Positions 14,694-27,139 of a stretch of DNA of 64,000 bases are shown piece by piece. The stretch is from Podarcis tiliguerta (taxonomy: Eukaryota). Positions within the stretch are counted from its first letter, which is position 1. Every line of letters begins with the position of its first letter. The stretch lies in the NCBI GenBank assembly GCA_965153285.1, contig OZ229113.1; one strand, given 5' to 3'. The notes beneath the pieces are model-generated. The model had not been told where the DNA came from and made no database searches. It saw only the letters and a program-made list of their open reading frames with translations. Both the position numbers and the translations under genes were made by a program.

Positions 14694-15893
14694 GTGAGTA
14701 CTCAGAAATAGCTGCTAGAGCCACTTTCCATGAGGTAATTTTAAACTTTTGTTTGTTTTAAAGTAGGGTTGTAATTTTTTCTTTATTTTACTGGTTTATC
14801 TTTTGTAAGCTGCTTTGAAGTTGTTGTCTTTACAGTGCAAGTGGTTTATGAATTTTATGAAATAAAGTATACACAATAGCTCAAAAGGGAGAAAAGTAGA
14901 GCTGCAAATGCATTCAGAGAGGGACCAGCAGATCTCTTATTATATACATTGCCTGTCATTTGGATCTTGTGGATCCAGTGGTGGCTGGTGCCCCCAAAGC
15001 TGAAGGCATACACAAAGAAACTGTAGCCTTACTCAAACCAAGATAATAGGATATGTGGTAGTTATGAAATTGGAGGATTCTTGCAGAGTAGGTTTGACAG
15101 AATCATTTTGAAGCAGAGACCAGGATAGTGTAGCTGTAACTAACCATCCACCCTGCAAATACCCAGATGTCTTTCTCCTTTTCTGCAGCCCCAGTCTTGG
15201 GGACGGAGGAGTTCTAAAATGGAGTTTTCAGTTCAGTACTATATGAAAACCACTCTTAATAACTTTCACTCCTAGAATAGAAGCATCCAAAGAGTTCAGT
15301 GCCATGAGTGTTTGCTAAATTTCTGTCTTGCACTTCCTTCCAAAGGCAGCAAACAACAAAGTAGTAAAAACAATGCAATAGTGCGTCCTCCATCCCCTTG
15401 AATCATTTGCTTTTCATTTAGATTTGTGGTGCAGCCCTCTTGTGGGCATATTATAGAAACACAGGGCAAGATCCTAATGCCCGTGAGTGGAATTGGGCTC
15501 TTTGCCTATTTCCCACTGGAGCACACTGTGCCAATGGAAAACCTTTTCTCGTGAACCCCACCCCCACCCCCAATGGTGTGGAATGTGATATGGGGAGCTG
15601 GAACAGGAAGGAGGAATTGGTAAAGGAAATGCAAGGGCAATCTCCTTTGTTTGTGCTCCAATTCCTTATTGCGCACTTACACACAACTGTGGGTTTGTCT
15701 TCTTCAACCCTCCCTTGATGTAAGTGGCCCGAGACTGGGGCACACCTGTCCATCAGAGAAGGCACAGCTTCTGCCTATTCTGTAGAGGACCTGAAGGTTT
15801 TAACACTCACAACTTGTTTTTAGATGGGTTCTATGTTTCGTTTTTTATTTTAATGTAAAACAGCTTTTATTGCAATTCTTCTTTTGATCAAAG

Positions 15894-15936
15894 GAATGCA
15901 TTCTTAATGAAGAAAGAAAAAGTTGCCACTGGTTCT
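15894..15936 (+). CDS. ABCC13: ABCC13 linker exon (NAFLMKKEKVATGS)
   Basis: caaag| and |gtaagt; resembles the ABCC KKExxxTGxV pre-TMD2 motif. Confidence 0.85.
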
Positions 15937-16191
15937 GTAAGTATTTTTTTTTTACTGTTATTTACATGTTTCTAAAATGCAACAGGCAGTTAAAATAAAC
16001 TGTAGGTGCAAATGTGAAATCAGTTACTTGAAGGGGAGAATGTATTTTTGAAGACTCATTATGTGAAATTGAGATTTATAATTTTATATTGGGTTTGAAG
16101 AAGTATAAATCACTTATTCTACCTACTTTATTTACCAAGACTATCCTGACTGCATATTGTAATAACTCTCATGAACATCTTTTATATTTAG

Positions 16192-16411
16192 ATGAGAATG
16201 TCAATTGTTTTGAAGTACCTACAAGCATTTGGCTGGTCATGGGTGTGGCTAACCGTAGCAGCTTACATAGGCCAAAATGTTGTAGCAATAGGGCAAAATC
16301 TGTGGCTCAGCACATGGACAACAGAAGCAAAAGAAATCAAAGACTACACAGAATGGAAACACTTAAGAAACTACAAACTTAGTATCTATGGGCTCTTGGG
16401 ATTCCTACAGG
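16192..16411 (+). CDS. ABCC13: ABCC13 exon (TM12: YLQAFGW...NLWLSTWT...IYGLLG)
   Basis: tttag| and |gtaagc; phase 0-1. Confidence 0.94.
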
Positions 16412-16462
16412 GTAAGCAATCCTCACAGAACTCTAGCCCAATGGTTGCCATTAATTTGATTT

Positions 16463-16562
16463 GAACTGATTTTATAATGAAATGATTTTAGAATGTATTA
16501 TTTTACTGTTGTTAGCCGCTCTGAGCCTGGCTTTGGCTGGGGAGGGCGGGATATAAATAAAA

Positions 16563-16603
<41 letters not shown>
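16463..16603 (+). repeat. LINE 3' tail with (TTA)n microsatellite
   Basis: ttagccgctctgagcc...gggcgggatataaataa followed by TTA repeats. Confidence 0.7.
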
Positions 16604-17181
16604 GGCATCTGGCTATTTTCTTTGCTTTTCCAAGTTTAGCTTCCTTGGCATTCCTACACTAAGATTCATGTAATCTGGGGTCAATTCTTGCAGTCATTCT
16701 GCAAGGTTGGCTCCTTCTTTCTTTCTGCTCACCTGCAGATGGCAAAGGAGGCATTTAATTGTTCATCAATATTACAATCTGTGCTTTAGTGTGATGCCAC
16801 TTAACACATGCTAGGGAGATCTGTGGAGGTGGTATGCCAAGGGCATGCTTTGTAGGAAACAAACAGTTCAGGGAACCTCTTTGTTGCATGCATAATACAA
16901 TCTGAACAAGGGCAGGGAACTGCTTGCTGTGATTTTGCATGCTCTGGTACCTCAGGCTTCCCAGCAGCGTTGAGTCGCTGCTTGGGGTTTCCTGGAAGTT
17001 TGAAGGGCCCACTGAGTTAAACTTTTTACTTCATCATCTCTCTCCATACTTTGGAGACCAGCAGAGAGCATGGATTAAGGTTCACACAAGGCTATCTTGA
17101 ATGGAGAAGCTGCTGTGCTGAACTCTTTGAAACTAAGTAAGATGAAATTCTTAATGTTGCCTTTAATACTGTTCATCCAAG

Positions 17182-17336
17182 GTCTTTTGGTTTGCTGTGG
17201 TGCATATGTGCTCACTAGAGGATCTCTCTCGGCATCTCGGTCTTTGCATCATCAGTTGCTAGACAGTGTGCTCCACCTTCCACTCCAGTATTTTGAAACT
17301 AACCCCGTAGGTCAAATCATCAACAGGTTCACAAAG
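17182..17336 (+). CDS. ABCC13: ABCC13 exon (ASRSLHHQLL...YFETNPVGQIINRFTK)
   Basis: ccaag| and |gtaagg; ABCC FFDTTPxGRIxNRF-like loop. Confidence 0.94.
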
Positions 17337-18582
17337 GTAAGGAGCAAATACTCTCTGTCTGTTTTGTGTGTCACCTTTGGGAGGGTGGTCAGAACCTGCC
17401 TCTCATCCTTGGGTCATGGGGAAATTACTCACCCTTTCCTGCCCCCTCCCCCGGTGTGAATGCGTCTCATACTGTCATCACTTCAAGAAGCCACTGGTCC
17501 ATTTTCCTTTTATGTTGACAGTGATGACAATTTCCAGTTAGAAGGATGCATACGCAGGGCTAGATCACCTGATTTTTTCCATCTAGAAATGTCAGTCCTT
17601 ACTCAGCAGAAGGGCATTCTAGAAAGTTTTTTTATATCCCATTTCTTTAGTAAATGTATGCCCCACCCTTCCAATCAGTTTGCATTGCTCAGGCCAGCTT
17701 ACAACAATTTAAATAAAAACAATCAGTTTAAATCAGTATCTGTTTGAAAGATTGTCATAGCAGCTTGTCATTACCTCTGTCATTACCTTGATATATCTCT
17801 TTTTCTTTAAATGAAACAGTAAAATTATCTTATTAGGTAGGAAATATCCATCGGGAACATTGCAGGTGACATGCCTTCATGTGCAAGAGAATTCTTGCCA
17901 AGGTTCAGGCAATGCAACAAAATCAACACCTCTTACTCTGATTGGTCTGTGGTATGCCAGTCAACATATTCCAGCTTTTACAGCTATTTCCCATTTCTTA
18001 TGATACCCATCAGGGCAAGTACCACCTGCAGTGTGACCTCGAATATATTTTATTATAAAAAATTAAGAACACAACAACAAAAGCACAACTGTGTATAGCA
18101 GTGTAGCACTAAAATAATTTGCGCATTTATTTGGAAGTTAGAAAGAGTCTGATTAGGTGTATTCAATCAGATTGAAAAGAGACCTAGACTGCATTCACAT
18201 GGCTGGTCTGTTTTGCTGATGTTTCACTGTTATTTTACGCATTATATTTCAGTTTCATGTAAAAGCTACTTCTGGAAATCTAGCAGGATCTAGTGGCAGT
18301 TATGTGCTCATTTCCATGTTAATTGCTTCTAGGAAAATTGTGTGAATAAAGTCTATTCCTGGAAGACAAGTGAGGGATGAGTGCACTGCCATGGTTTACT
18401 TAGATGTTGGGCTTCACTACTGCTTCTGTTTCTTAAAGGTATACAGCCTAGGGGCAACACCTACAAATGCAGTTCTATGAACATGGTAGTAGAGAAACAA
18501 TCAAGTTTTTTCAAATATATAAGAAGGATTTTTTTTTTTATAAAAATGTCTGTTCTTCCCCCCCTCTTTCCAATTATCCTAG

Positions 18583-18738
18583 GATATGTTTATAGTTGAT
18601 ATACGTTTCCATTATTATCTACGGACTTGGTTGAACTGTACACTAGATGTGGTTGGAACGATCCTTGTGATTGTGTATACATCACCACTGTTCTTACTGG
18701 GGGTTATTCCACTTGGATACTTATATTTCACTGTGCAA
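18583..18738 (+). CDS. ABCC13: ABCC13 exon (TM14-15: DMFIVD...PLFLLGVIPLGYLYFTVQ)
   Basis: cctag| and |gtaagt; 156 nt. Confidence 0.93.
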
Positions 18739-19142
18739 GTAAGTTGAATAAGTGCCAGGCTGAGTATTCAGAAAAATAATAATAAAACATATCCTTGTTT
18801 TACTCCCATTTATTTTATTTTATTTTAATTATATTATCTAACTGAAAGGGAAGAGGAATGCATTCCTCTTGAGCAGTTGATTTGCATTGCACAATTCAGG
18901 GGAAAGTTGCTGTTCTGCAATCCGAGGCCTATATTTATTCTAAGATGTAGGGGATGTAGGAGGTTTTCTGGTCTAAGGCAATTTATATATTTAAGAGTTT
19001 TGTATGCTGCCCTTAGCCAGTAGGCCACAGAGAGGCTTGCAACAATACCATATAAAACAATACAATTGAGTCAAAACAAAACAATGCCATAGTGCCCAAT
19101 ACAAACTTCTTACCTGTCCCTCCATTTGTCTGTTTTCATTAG

Positions 19143-19342
19143 CGATACTATATTGCTAGTTCCAGACAAATCCGACGGTTATCTGGAGCTACGCAAACAC
19201 CAATAATTTCACACTTCAGTGAAACGCTTGCAGGTGTATCCACAATCAGGGCATTTGGACATCAGGAAAGATTTCTTAATCAGAACAAAGATGTCGTCAA
19301 TGAGAACATGGTTTGCTTCTACAACAACGTGATCTCAAACAG
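19143..19342 (+). CDS. ABCC13: ABCC13 exon (RYYIASSRQIRRL...SHFSETLAGVSTIRAF)
   Basis: attag| and |gtactg; 200 nt. Confidence 0.95.
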
Positions 19343-19394
19343 GTACTGTATTAATGATCCTAGGATATCATGGGAATGGATTTATACACAGATT

Positions 19395-19829
19395 AGGAAC
19401 ATAGGAAGCTTCCTTATACGGAGTCAGATTAATGGTCCATCTAGTTCATTTCAAGCGACTCTCAATTTATGTGGGGGTTATGTTCCGGGGATAGCGTGTA
19501 AATCCAAAATTGAGTATAGTCAAAACACATTGGGTTCAATGGCGGGTGGGATTGCCAAAGTTCTTTTTCCAGAAGTAGCTTTTTCCTTGGACGCCCGCCC
19601 CACTTCTGCCCCCTTTTACTTTCCAAGCACACAAAGCTGAATGCACACAAGTTAAATGTCTGTAAGTTACCTTCACTGACAGGCAGAGGCTCTCGAGGGT
19701 TTCAGGCGGGGGGGGGGGCAGTCTCTTTTAGCCCTACCGGGGGGGGGGGGGGCAAGGGCCAGGGATTGAAGCTGGGATCTTGAGCACATGCTAGGCAGGT
19801 GCACTACCACTCAGCCACGGCCCTTCCCC
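19395..19829 (-). mobile_element. tRNA-derived SINE interrupted by a ~220 bp insertion (~19452-19669)
   Basis: - strand head GGGAAGGGCCGTGGCTGAGTGGTAG (A box), GCTTCAATCCC (B-box-like); tail ...TATAAGGAAGCTTCCTATGTTCCT. Confidence 0.6.
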
Positions 19830-19947
19830 ACCAAGCACCAAGCTATATTCTTATTTTAATTGATAGGACTGAAAATGCAGATATTTCTAACCAATTTGAT
19901 AACTGTGTAATTGAATCCTAATTAATCTGGGCATGCATTTATGACAG

Positions 19948-20074
19948 GTGGCTGGCTGTCAGACTTGAATTTCTGGGAAACTTGATGGTCTTCCTTGCTG
20001 CATTGCTTGCAGTGTTTGCTGGGAGCAAGGTGGACTCTGCTACAGTAGGATTATCAATAACATATGCACTGAAT
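19948..20074 (+). CDS. ABCC13: ABCC13 exon (TM16: WLAVRLEFLGN...GLSITYALN)
   Basis: gacag| and |gtaagt; 127 nt. Confidence 0.95.
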
Positions 20075-20554
20075 GTAAGTAAGTAAGCATTATTTTTTTA
20101 ATGCAGTTACAGTACTTGGAAAATGGATTGCAAATTTGGTAGGAGTGGAATCATTGATGTTACAGTAAGCCAAACTCTGCGGTAATCCAGCAGTTCTAAG
20201 AAGTCTCAAAGTGCTGCCAACACATTGGGTTGGCTCCAGATAAGGGCAAGTGGCTCTCCAATTTGCATATCAGGTCTCCTAGCTCATTCAGTTTATATTC
20301 CCCTTTCCCATCTCAAGGGACCCTCTGGAACGGCATGGAGGGGGACAGGAAAATTAAGAAGTGTCTTTCTGCTCACACAAGATGCCTTTGGATCTAAGCC
20401 ATTCAGTATGCTAGCAGCGTAACATTGGTTTTAAGTATTTCTTAAAACAGGGTAAAACTACCATTTCCTTTATTCTATGCAGTGACTGTCTAGAACCACA
20501 CCGATTTTAACAGGTTAAACCCACTGCAACAAGTTCTGTATTCATTTATTTCAG

Positions 20555-20656
20555 ATAACTCAAAGTTTGAATTTTTGGGTCCGAAAAGCATGTGAAATTG
20601 AAACCAATGGAATCGCCATTGAAAGGGTTTGTGAATATGAAAAGACAGACAAAGAG
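20555..20656 (+). CDS. ABCC13: ABCC13 exon (TM17: ITQSLNFWVRKACEIETNGIAIERV)
   Basis: ttcag| and |gtaaac; 102 nt. Confidence 0.94.
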
Positions 20657-21176
20657 GTAAACAGTTTTTGTGAAATGATGATAAGCATACAACTTGAAAT
20701 TAAGTAATGAAGATTTTTTTAAAAAATTAATTGGCAGAGAACTGGAAGGCTCAAACCTTTCCCAAGTTTAGGTTGTGATTGCTGCTGAAGCAGCCTTTAA
20801 AAGGGTGGGATAAACTGCTGCAAAGAGCACCTGCTTTCAGTTAGTCCCCGCTCTCCTGTGTAAGCAAAGAGGAGCAGGAACTGAGCAGGGAACCCTGTGC
20901 TTTTTACCTCATTGCTGCTCAATGGAGCAGTCTCTGTGAGAGCCAGTTACATCAACTCTGGCAGGGACTGCTTTGCCACACAGCGATGAAGGGGACAAAA
21001 ATTGGGAAAAACCAAAGGCAAGGAGACCCTTTATTCTGGAATATGATGGTCCTTTTCAAAGGTTGAAAGGATCAGCATGCAGTGGGGTTTTCAAGAAGTT
21101 CCCATGTATCTGATGGTATCAGTTATGTCAGCTGATGGGCAGGTAGCCATGGGCCAGAGATTCTCCAAACTTTTGC

Positions 21177-21339
21177 AGCACAAGGATTTGTGCTTGTGCA
21201 ACAGAATTTTCTCCCCTCTCCTTTCCCCTTGCCCACACCAAATTTGCTTCTGGGTGGTGGGAACACAGAACAGATTTAGGGGGTGCACAGGGGAGGAGAT
21301 GGGGCAAAGTTCCATTGTGCAAGCACAAATCCTTGTGCT
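21177..21339. repeat. Fold-back element (probable old MITE)
   Basis: perfect 20-bp inverted repeat AGCACAAGGATTTGTGCTTG at 21177-21196 / 21320-21339. Confidence 0.7.
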
Positions 21340-21511
21340 CATGGAAAAAGTAGCTTAGTGCTTCCTTGGATAGAAGCCTGGACAGGCAGCTTCAGCTTGC
21401 AGTGGTCAGGGGCTAATTTTATATATTGTGAAATACTTTCAAGTACATGTTTTGATGCTCACTAATTTGTGCCTTGCTTTATCGGTTTCAAAGTTTGTTT
21501 ATCCCTTTTAG

Positions 21512-21655
21512 GCCCCCTGGATATTATCCAATCGTCCACCTGTGGGATGGCCCAAGGAAGGAATAATACAGTTTGTAAATTTCCAAGCTCGGTACAGGCC
21601 AGATCTGGACTTGGCTCTGCAGGATGTAACTTTTCAAAGCTGCAAAGAAGAGAAG
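21512..21655 (+). CDS. ABCC13: ABCC13 exon (APW...WPKEGIIQF...RYRPDLD)
   Basis: tttag| and |gtaacg; ABCC WPxxG motif. Confidence 0.94.
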
Positions 21656-22551
21656 GTAACGTGCCAAAATTAAGTACTCTGTCATACCTGTTTCCCTTTT
21701 AAAAATATAATATCTATTTAAATATCTGTTGTCTGTTGTGTAATTTGTGGCTGCTGTTCTTGAAACTGAGTGCCCCTGGTTTAAGTGATTTCCTGTGGAC
21801 AAAAGGGAGTTGGATGGGGCCCATCAAGCTTCTCCATCTTAAAATGCTGCCCGTCTAACTAACATCAATAGAGGGCTGTAACATGTCTGTATTCAGTTGT
21901 GCTATCAGGCTGTCCCTTCACTTTGGAAATGTAGCATTTTTCAGGCATCACAGCTCCAAGTGCACACCAGAACAAGCATAGGGCCTTGGTTTGGAGCAAA
22001 CTTGCTTCTGGACTGGATTGTCAGCCAGTGCCCTTGACCAGTTGAAAACATGCTCAGTTCTTTATTACTTTATTTTGAAAGATGTATAAACTGCTCGCAT
22101 AATAAAATATCAGAGTGGTATGCAGAAAACAACAACAAAAAAGCATAAAATGTGTACCAAAACCAATGACAATTAAAGTAGCAATAGCAGCAGAAGGTAA
22201 TCAGTGGACAATCAATTTTAAAAATCATTCAGAAGAGGTTTGTGTAAAAAAGAAGGCATTTAGGTTTTTGTTAGTGATCTCGGGACACAATCTATATTTG
22301 TGTGGGCGGGTGCACTGTTGAGCTCTGTGGCTATTCCTGCATGGCACAAGCACTGTGGCTGATGTGTGAACCAGAAAAAGCAATCAGTTATCTGCTAATG
22401 TTGGCCACTAACCTTTGCTAGTAGAGATTGTTGAAGGCTTTTATTTTTCAAGACTTTTTTGCTTTTTTTATATGGAACTATACTGTTTTCTTTGCATGTG
22501 TTAAGTAACATAGTGAAACTGCTGCCGTTTTAAAATGCGCATATATTTTGA

Positions 22552-22764
<213 letters not shown>

Positions 22765-23502
22765 TAATATCCACACAATTCTTTTATAAGCTTTAGTCTT
22801 TTGAATTCTGTCATTATTTTTTTGACAATAGTTTTAATGAACTTGTCAAAAAATATTGTAATCCATTAGGTCCACTTGTTGATTTTACATTGCATTTAAC
22901 CGCCTGCTGTCTTGGAAGAAACCAGTCCTTTACTTACTATTGTAGGAGAGGGGAAAATAGGGGATAACATATGAAACATGTAGGAATGCCTGCCCAGGGA
23001 TTCAAGAATTTATGCCTAGTTGGTGGCATATTTCAGAGTTCTTTCCACCCCTTTCCCACTTCCTATTGCATGGGCTTCTCATTGCCCACTGATCTCCTGC
23101 CTTTTTTCCAACTGCCCTTCTGATGAAAGCTTACTCTAAGATAACTGGCATGACAACAGCCTTTGGCTTTGGCCAGGTTTATTGTGCTCTGAAAGGTAGT
23201 GTACTGTCCATTTGCCACAAGGGAATAACAGCCCATGGTCTGTCCCTCCTGGTCTTCAGATTCAGCTATCTTTACAAATAAATTTGCCATTTATTCTGTT
23301 TGCACTCAAGGAGGTTGATGCCAATCTATTGCTTCTTTACAAATATATCTAAAACCAGTCAGGATTTAATAGTTTGATGATGGGGAGGGGAGGCGGAGGA
23401 ACAGCAGCCCTTCCTGACCCCATCCCAAAGTAATATCAATCTGAAACCTAAACTCGCTAATATTATACTACATGGAAATACTGTCTAGACATTATTCCAT
23501 AG

Positions 23503-23694
<192 letters not shown>

Positions 23695-24160
23695 TGAGCT
23701 ACGGAACCTGAAGAATAATGATCTCCACTAGCAGAGGAGTACTAGTATTCCAAAGTGGTGTTCTACTGATGAAGCTACCCACAGATAGTGTTACTTGGCA
23801 GGCCAAAGTAAGGGACAAAGGATGAAGAAACATTACCATTCTCTACTTGGGTGTCTGCTCACCTTAGACCTATCCAGAGATTTGCAGGGTGGGGGTTGTT
23901 CTTGCACATATTAAACTGCCCTAGACAGAGTCTGTCCACATATCCCCATATTTGCTTTCTCAGACTGGCAGTGGTTTTCTAATGGGATATCCAAAACAGG
24001 CCTTTTCTAGCACTGTTGCCACCTTCGATCCTTTTGTAGTCATCCTTTTTGTGTACACACACAAACATAAAACTTGCATGCCTATTCACAAGATGGTGCA
24101 CCAGCCAACAGCTGCCCAATCAGAAATTGAGGCCTAGCGCCATTCAAGAGCACATACTAA

Positions 24161-24442
<282 letters not shown>

Positions 24443-25129
24443 TAAACTGGTTTCTGCTTGGGCCTGGTGCAAACAAAATCACCATCCCGCCTCAGTTTCC
24501 GTGGACTGTCTCCTCATAAAAAAGAACTGCCATCTACTGCCTATTGAATGCTAGGTGGGTAGCACTACTGGATTCAGTAGAATTTGCCCATTGTAATACA
24601 CACAAAGCTCAATGGCAAAGTGTGTTTTGGAGCCACGGATTTGTAGAATCAAATTTGTTTGATGAAAAGGTAATTGTATTCAGGAATTTAGAGGTCAGCA
24701 TTTTATTTTTTTTAAGAAAGGTCTTTGGAAGATAGGAAGCTACTTTGTATCATGTCAGATTTGTTCATCTACCTCAATACGGTTGACTCTGGGTTATTTT
24801 GTCTTTCACATCACTTGCTATCTTCTGTTTAAATAGAAATTTAACCTTCAATCTTCAATAAGCAGAGCTTGTGCTCTTATACTGAGCTGTTCCTTGTTCC
24901 TTGTGGAGGCCAGGAACCTTTTGCCTTCCAGAAGCTCAGACTCCAACTCCTGTCCAGCAACAGCTGGAGAACCGCAGGTTCCCCTCTCCTGCCTTAAAGT
25001 GTCAACCTTCATCCCAGAAATCTTTAATTAACAAATGAACTGCTTAATGTAAAATTTATTTTGCAAGTTGATCAGCTCTAACTCTTCCTAGATTAAAGGT
25101 TTCCCCATTACATTGTTTTGCTCTTTCAG

Positions 25130-25265
25130 GGTGCTTGTTCTGAACTCTGGAAGGATTGCTGAATTTGATACTCCAGCCAGGTTGCTACAACAGAAAGGCA
25201 TATTTTATGAAATGGTATCAGAAGCTGGAATACCACAGGAGGCAGACACCCAATCTTTAATATGA
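25130..25265 (+). CDS. ABCC13: ABCC13 last coding exon (VLVLNSGRIAEFDTP...EAGIPQEADTQSLI*)
   Basis: tttcag| acceptor; TGA at 25263-25265; ATTAAA candidates at 25345 and 25370. Confidence 0.94.
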
Positions 25266-25907
25266 ACAGTGCTTATTATTTTCCTGAATTCTTCTACAAG
25301 AATTATAGCATTACTTCATTTTATAGGGTTTTTTAAAAAAGAAAATTAAAAATGAACTGTGTTGCCAATATTAAATGTTTTTAATACAAGGTATGTGTGT
25401 CTGTATACATTATCAAAGTTAGCAAACTTGTAGCAGCTTATTAATTACAAGGAGCATGATGAGAATCAATTTAGCCCCTCTGGCTCTGGAGCAGCCTTTG
25501 CTAACCCGGTGCTATTTGTCCATTTCGGACTGCAACTCCCATCAGCCTTGGCTATTGGCTGGGACCGATGAGCTGCAGTCTGGACATCTGACTGGGGAAA
25601 GGGAAGGCAGGCCTGCGAACACAGTCCTGATCATCACCAAGTATGGGGGGGCAGGGGCTTGTTACAATTTTGAAAAAGCATGGCATAAAAATCTGAAATG
25701 AAGCAATATTTTGATTTCAGTTCCTAAACACATACCGTTTCACTTTCTTCCTGCCAGTTTGTCATTATGGTTCAGGGTAGACAGTATTGCCTAATGGCCA
25801 GATAACTCGCTACTACTAAACTCGCAACAAAAATATCACCTGTGAGGTCCCAGAAAATGCAAGTGAAGTAGGACAGAACTGCACAATTGGACATTCCCCG
25901 CCATAAA

Positions 25908-26263
25908 GGTAAAGGTACCCCTGCCCGTACGGGCCAGTCTTGACAGACTCTAGGGTTGTGTGCCCATCTCACTCAACGAGGCCAAGGGCCAGCGCTGTCC
26001 GAAGACACTTCCGGGTCACGTGGCCAGCGTGACATCGCTGCTCTGGCAAGCCAGAGCCGCACACGGAAACGCTGTTTACCTTCCCGCTAGTAAGCGGTTC
26101 CTATTTATCTACTTGCACCCAGGGGTGCTTTCGAACTGCTAGGTTGGCAGGCGCTGGGACCGAACAGCGGGAGCGCACCCCGCCACGGGGATTCAAACCG
26201 CCGACCTTTCGATCGGCAAGCCCTAGGCACTGAGGCTTTAACCGACAGCGCCACCCGCGTCCC
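25908..26263 (-). mobile_element. Full-length Sauria SINE with 15-bp TSD
   Basis: - strand head GGGACGCGGGTGGCGCTG, B box GGTTTGAATCC, ACCTTT tail; TSD ATTCCCCGCCATAAA at 25893-25907 and 26267-26281. Confidence 0.92.
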
Positions 26264-27102
26264 TTTATTCCCCGCCATAAAATCTAGCAAATTCATTAGC
26301 CGGTGACACCAAGCCCTTCATTTTCCATAGCCCAGTTAAATTAAACGATAAAGCAAGGTTTGTTACTGCCCCAAGGTACAGTTAGCCTTAAGAAATGCGA
26401 AGCTTCTGTTCCAGCGTTTGCAATAAGCTGCTGTTTTCCATTCTGTAGGAATGAAACTGGGAAATTGCAATTTGTTCTGAACTGTGAATATAAGCTTCTC
26501 TCTTTCTCTCACTCTGAGAAGGCAAGGAGAAGAGACACTGTCAACCTCAGAACAAACCATGGCTTGCCGTTGTCTGAAGTGGGCTGGATGCTCTCTAGAA
26601 AATCCTCAAGCTGCAGAGCAAATACTCTTAATATTTCAGAAAACTGTGTGCATGCATTGATTATGGAAATCCTTCCAAGCCTTGACATACTTCTGCGGTA
26701 GCATTATTAAACTGCTATGTGGCAGTGAGATTCCCCTCCATCTTATAAACACCCTAGTTTAATGGCCATGACCTCATTTACATTCAATAGGGCAGTCTCA
26801 AAATAAGCACAACAGACAGTATAAAAGGTCTTTTATTTTGATAATACAAAAAGACAATTTTGTAAATGCAGTCTCCAAACAAAATTATCCTTTTTCCACA
26901 CAGAAAATCCGCTTCACAGTAGCCTGCAACCCAGCTTGATTGTTTTATGTGCCAGTGTGAAAGGAACTGTAGTTCCAGCAAGAGATGCTGATACAAATGT
27001 TACTTAGCTCACCCATCAGGATTCCAACTGATGAAATACGCCTGTCCAAGTCTTATTTTTCTCATATGTCTGTTTTTTTATAGAAACCTGTGAGAACAAT
27101 TT

Positions 27103-27104
<2 letters not shown>

Positions 27105-27136
<32 letters not shown>
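27105..27136. repeat. (GT)16 microsatellite
   Basis: direct reading. Confidence 0.95.
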
Positions 27137-27139
<3 letters not shown>

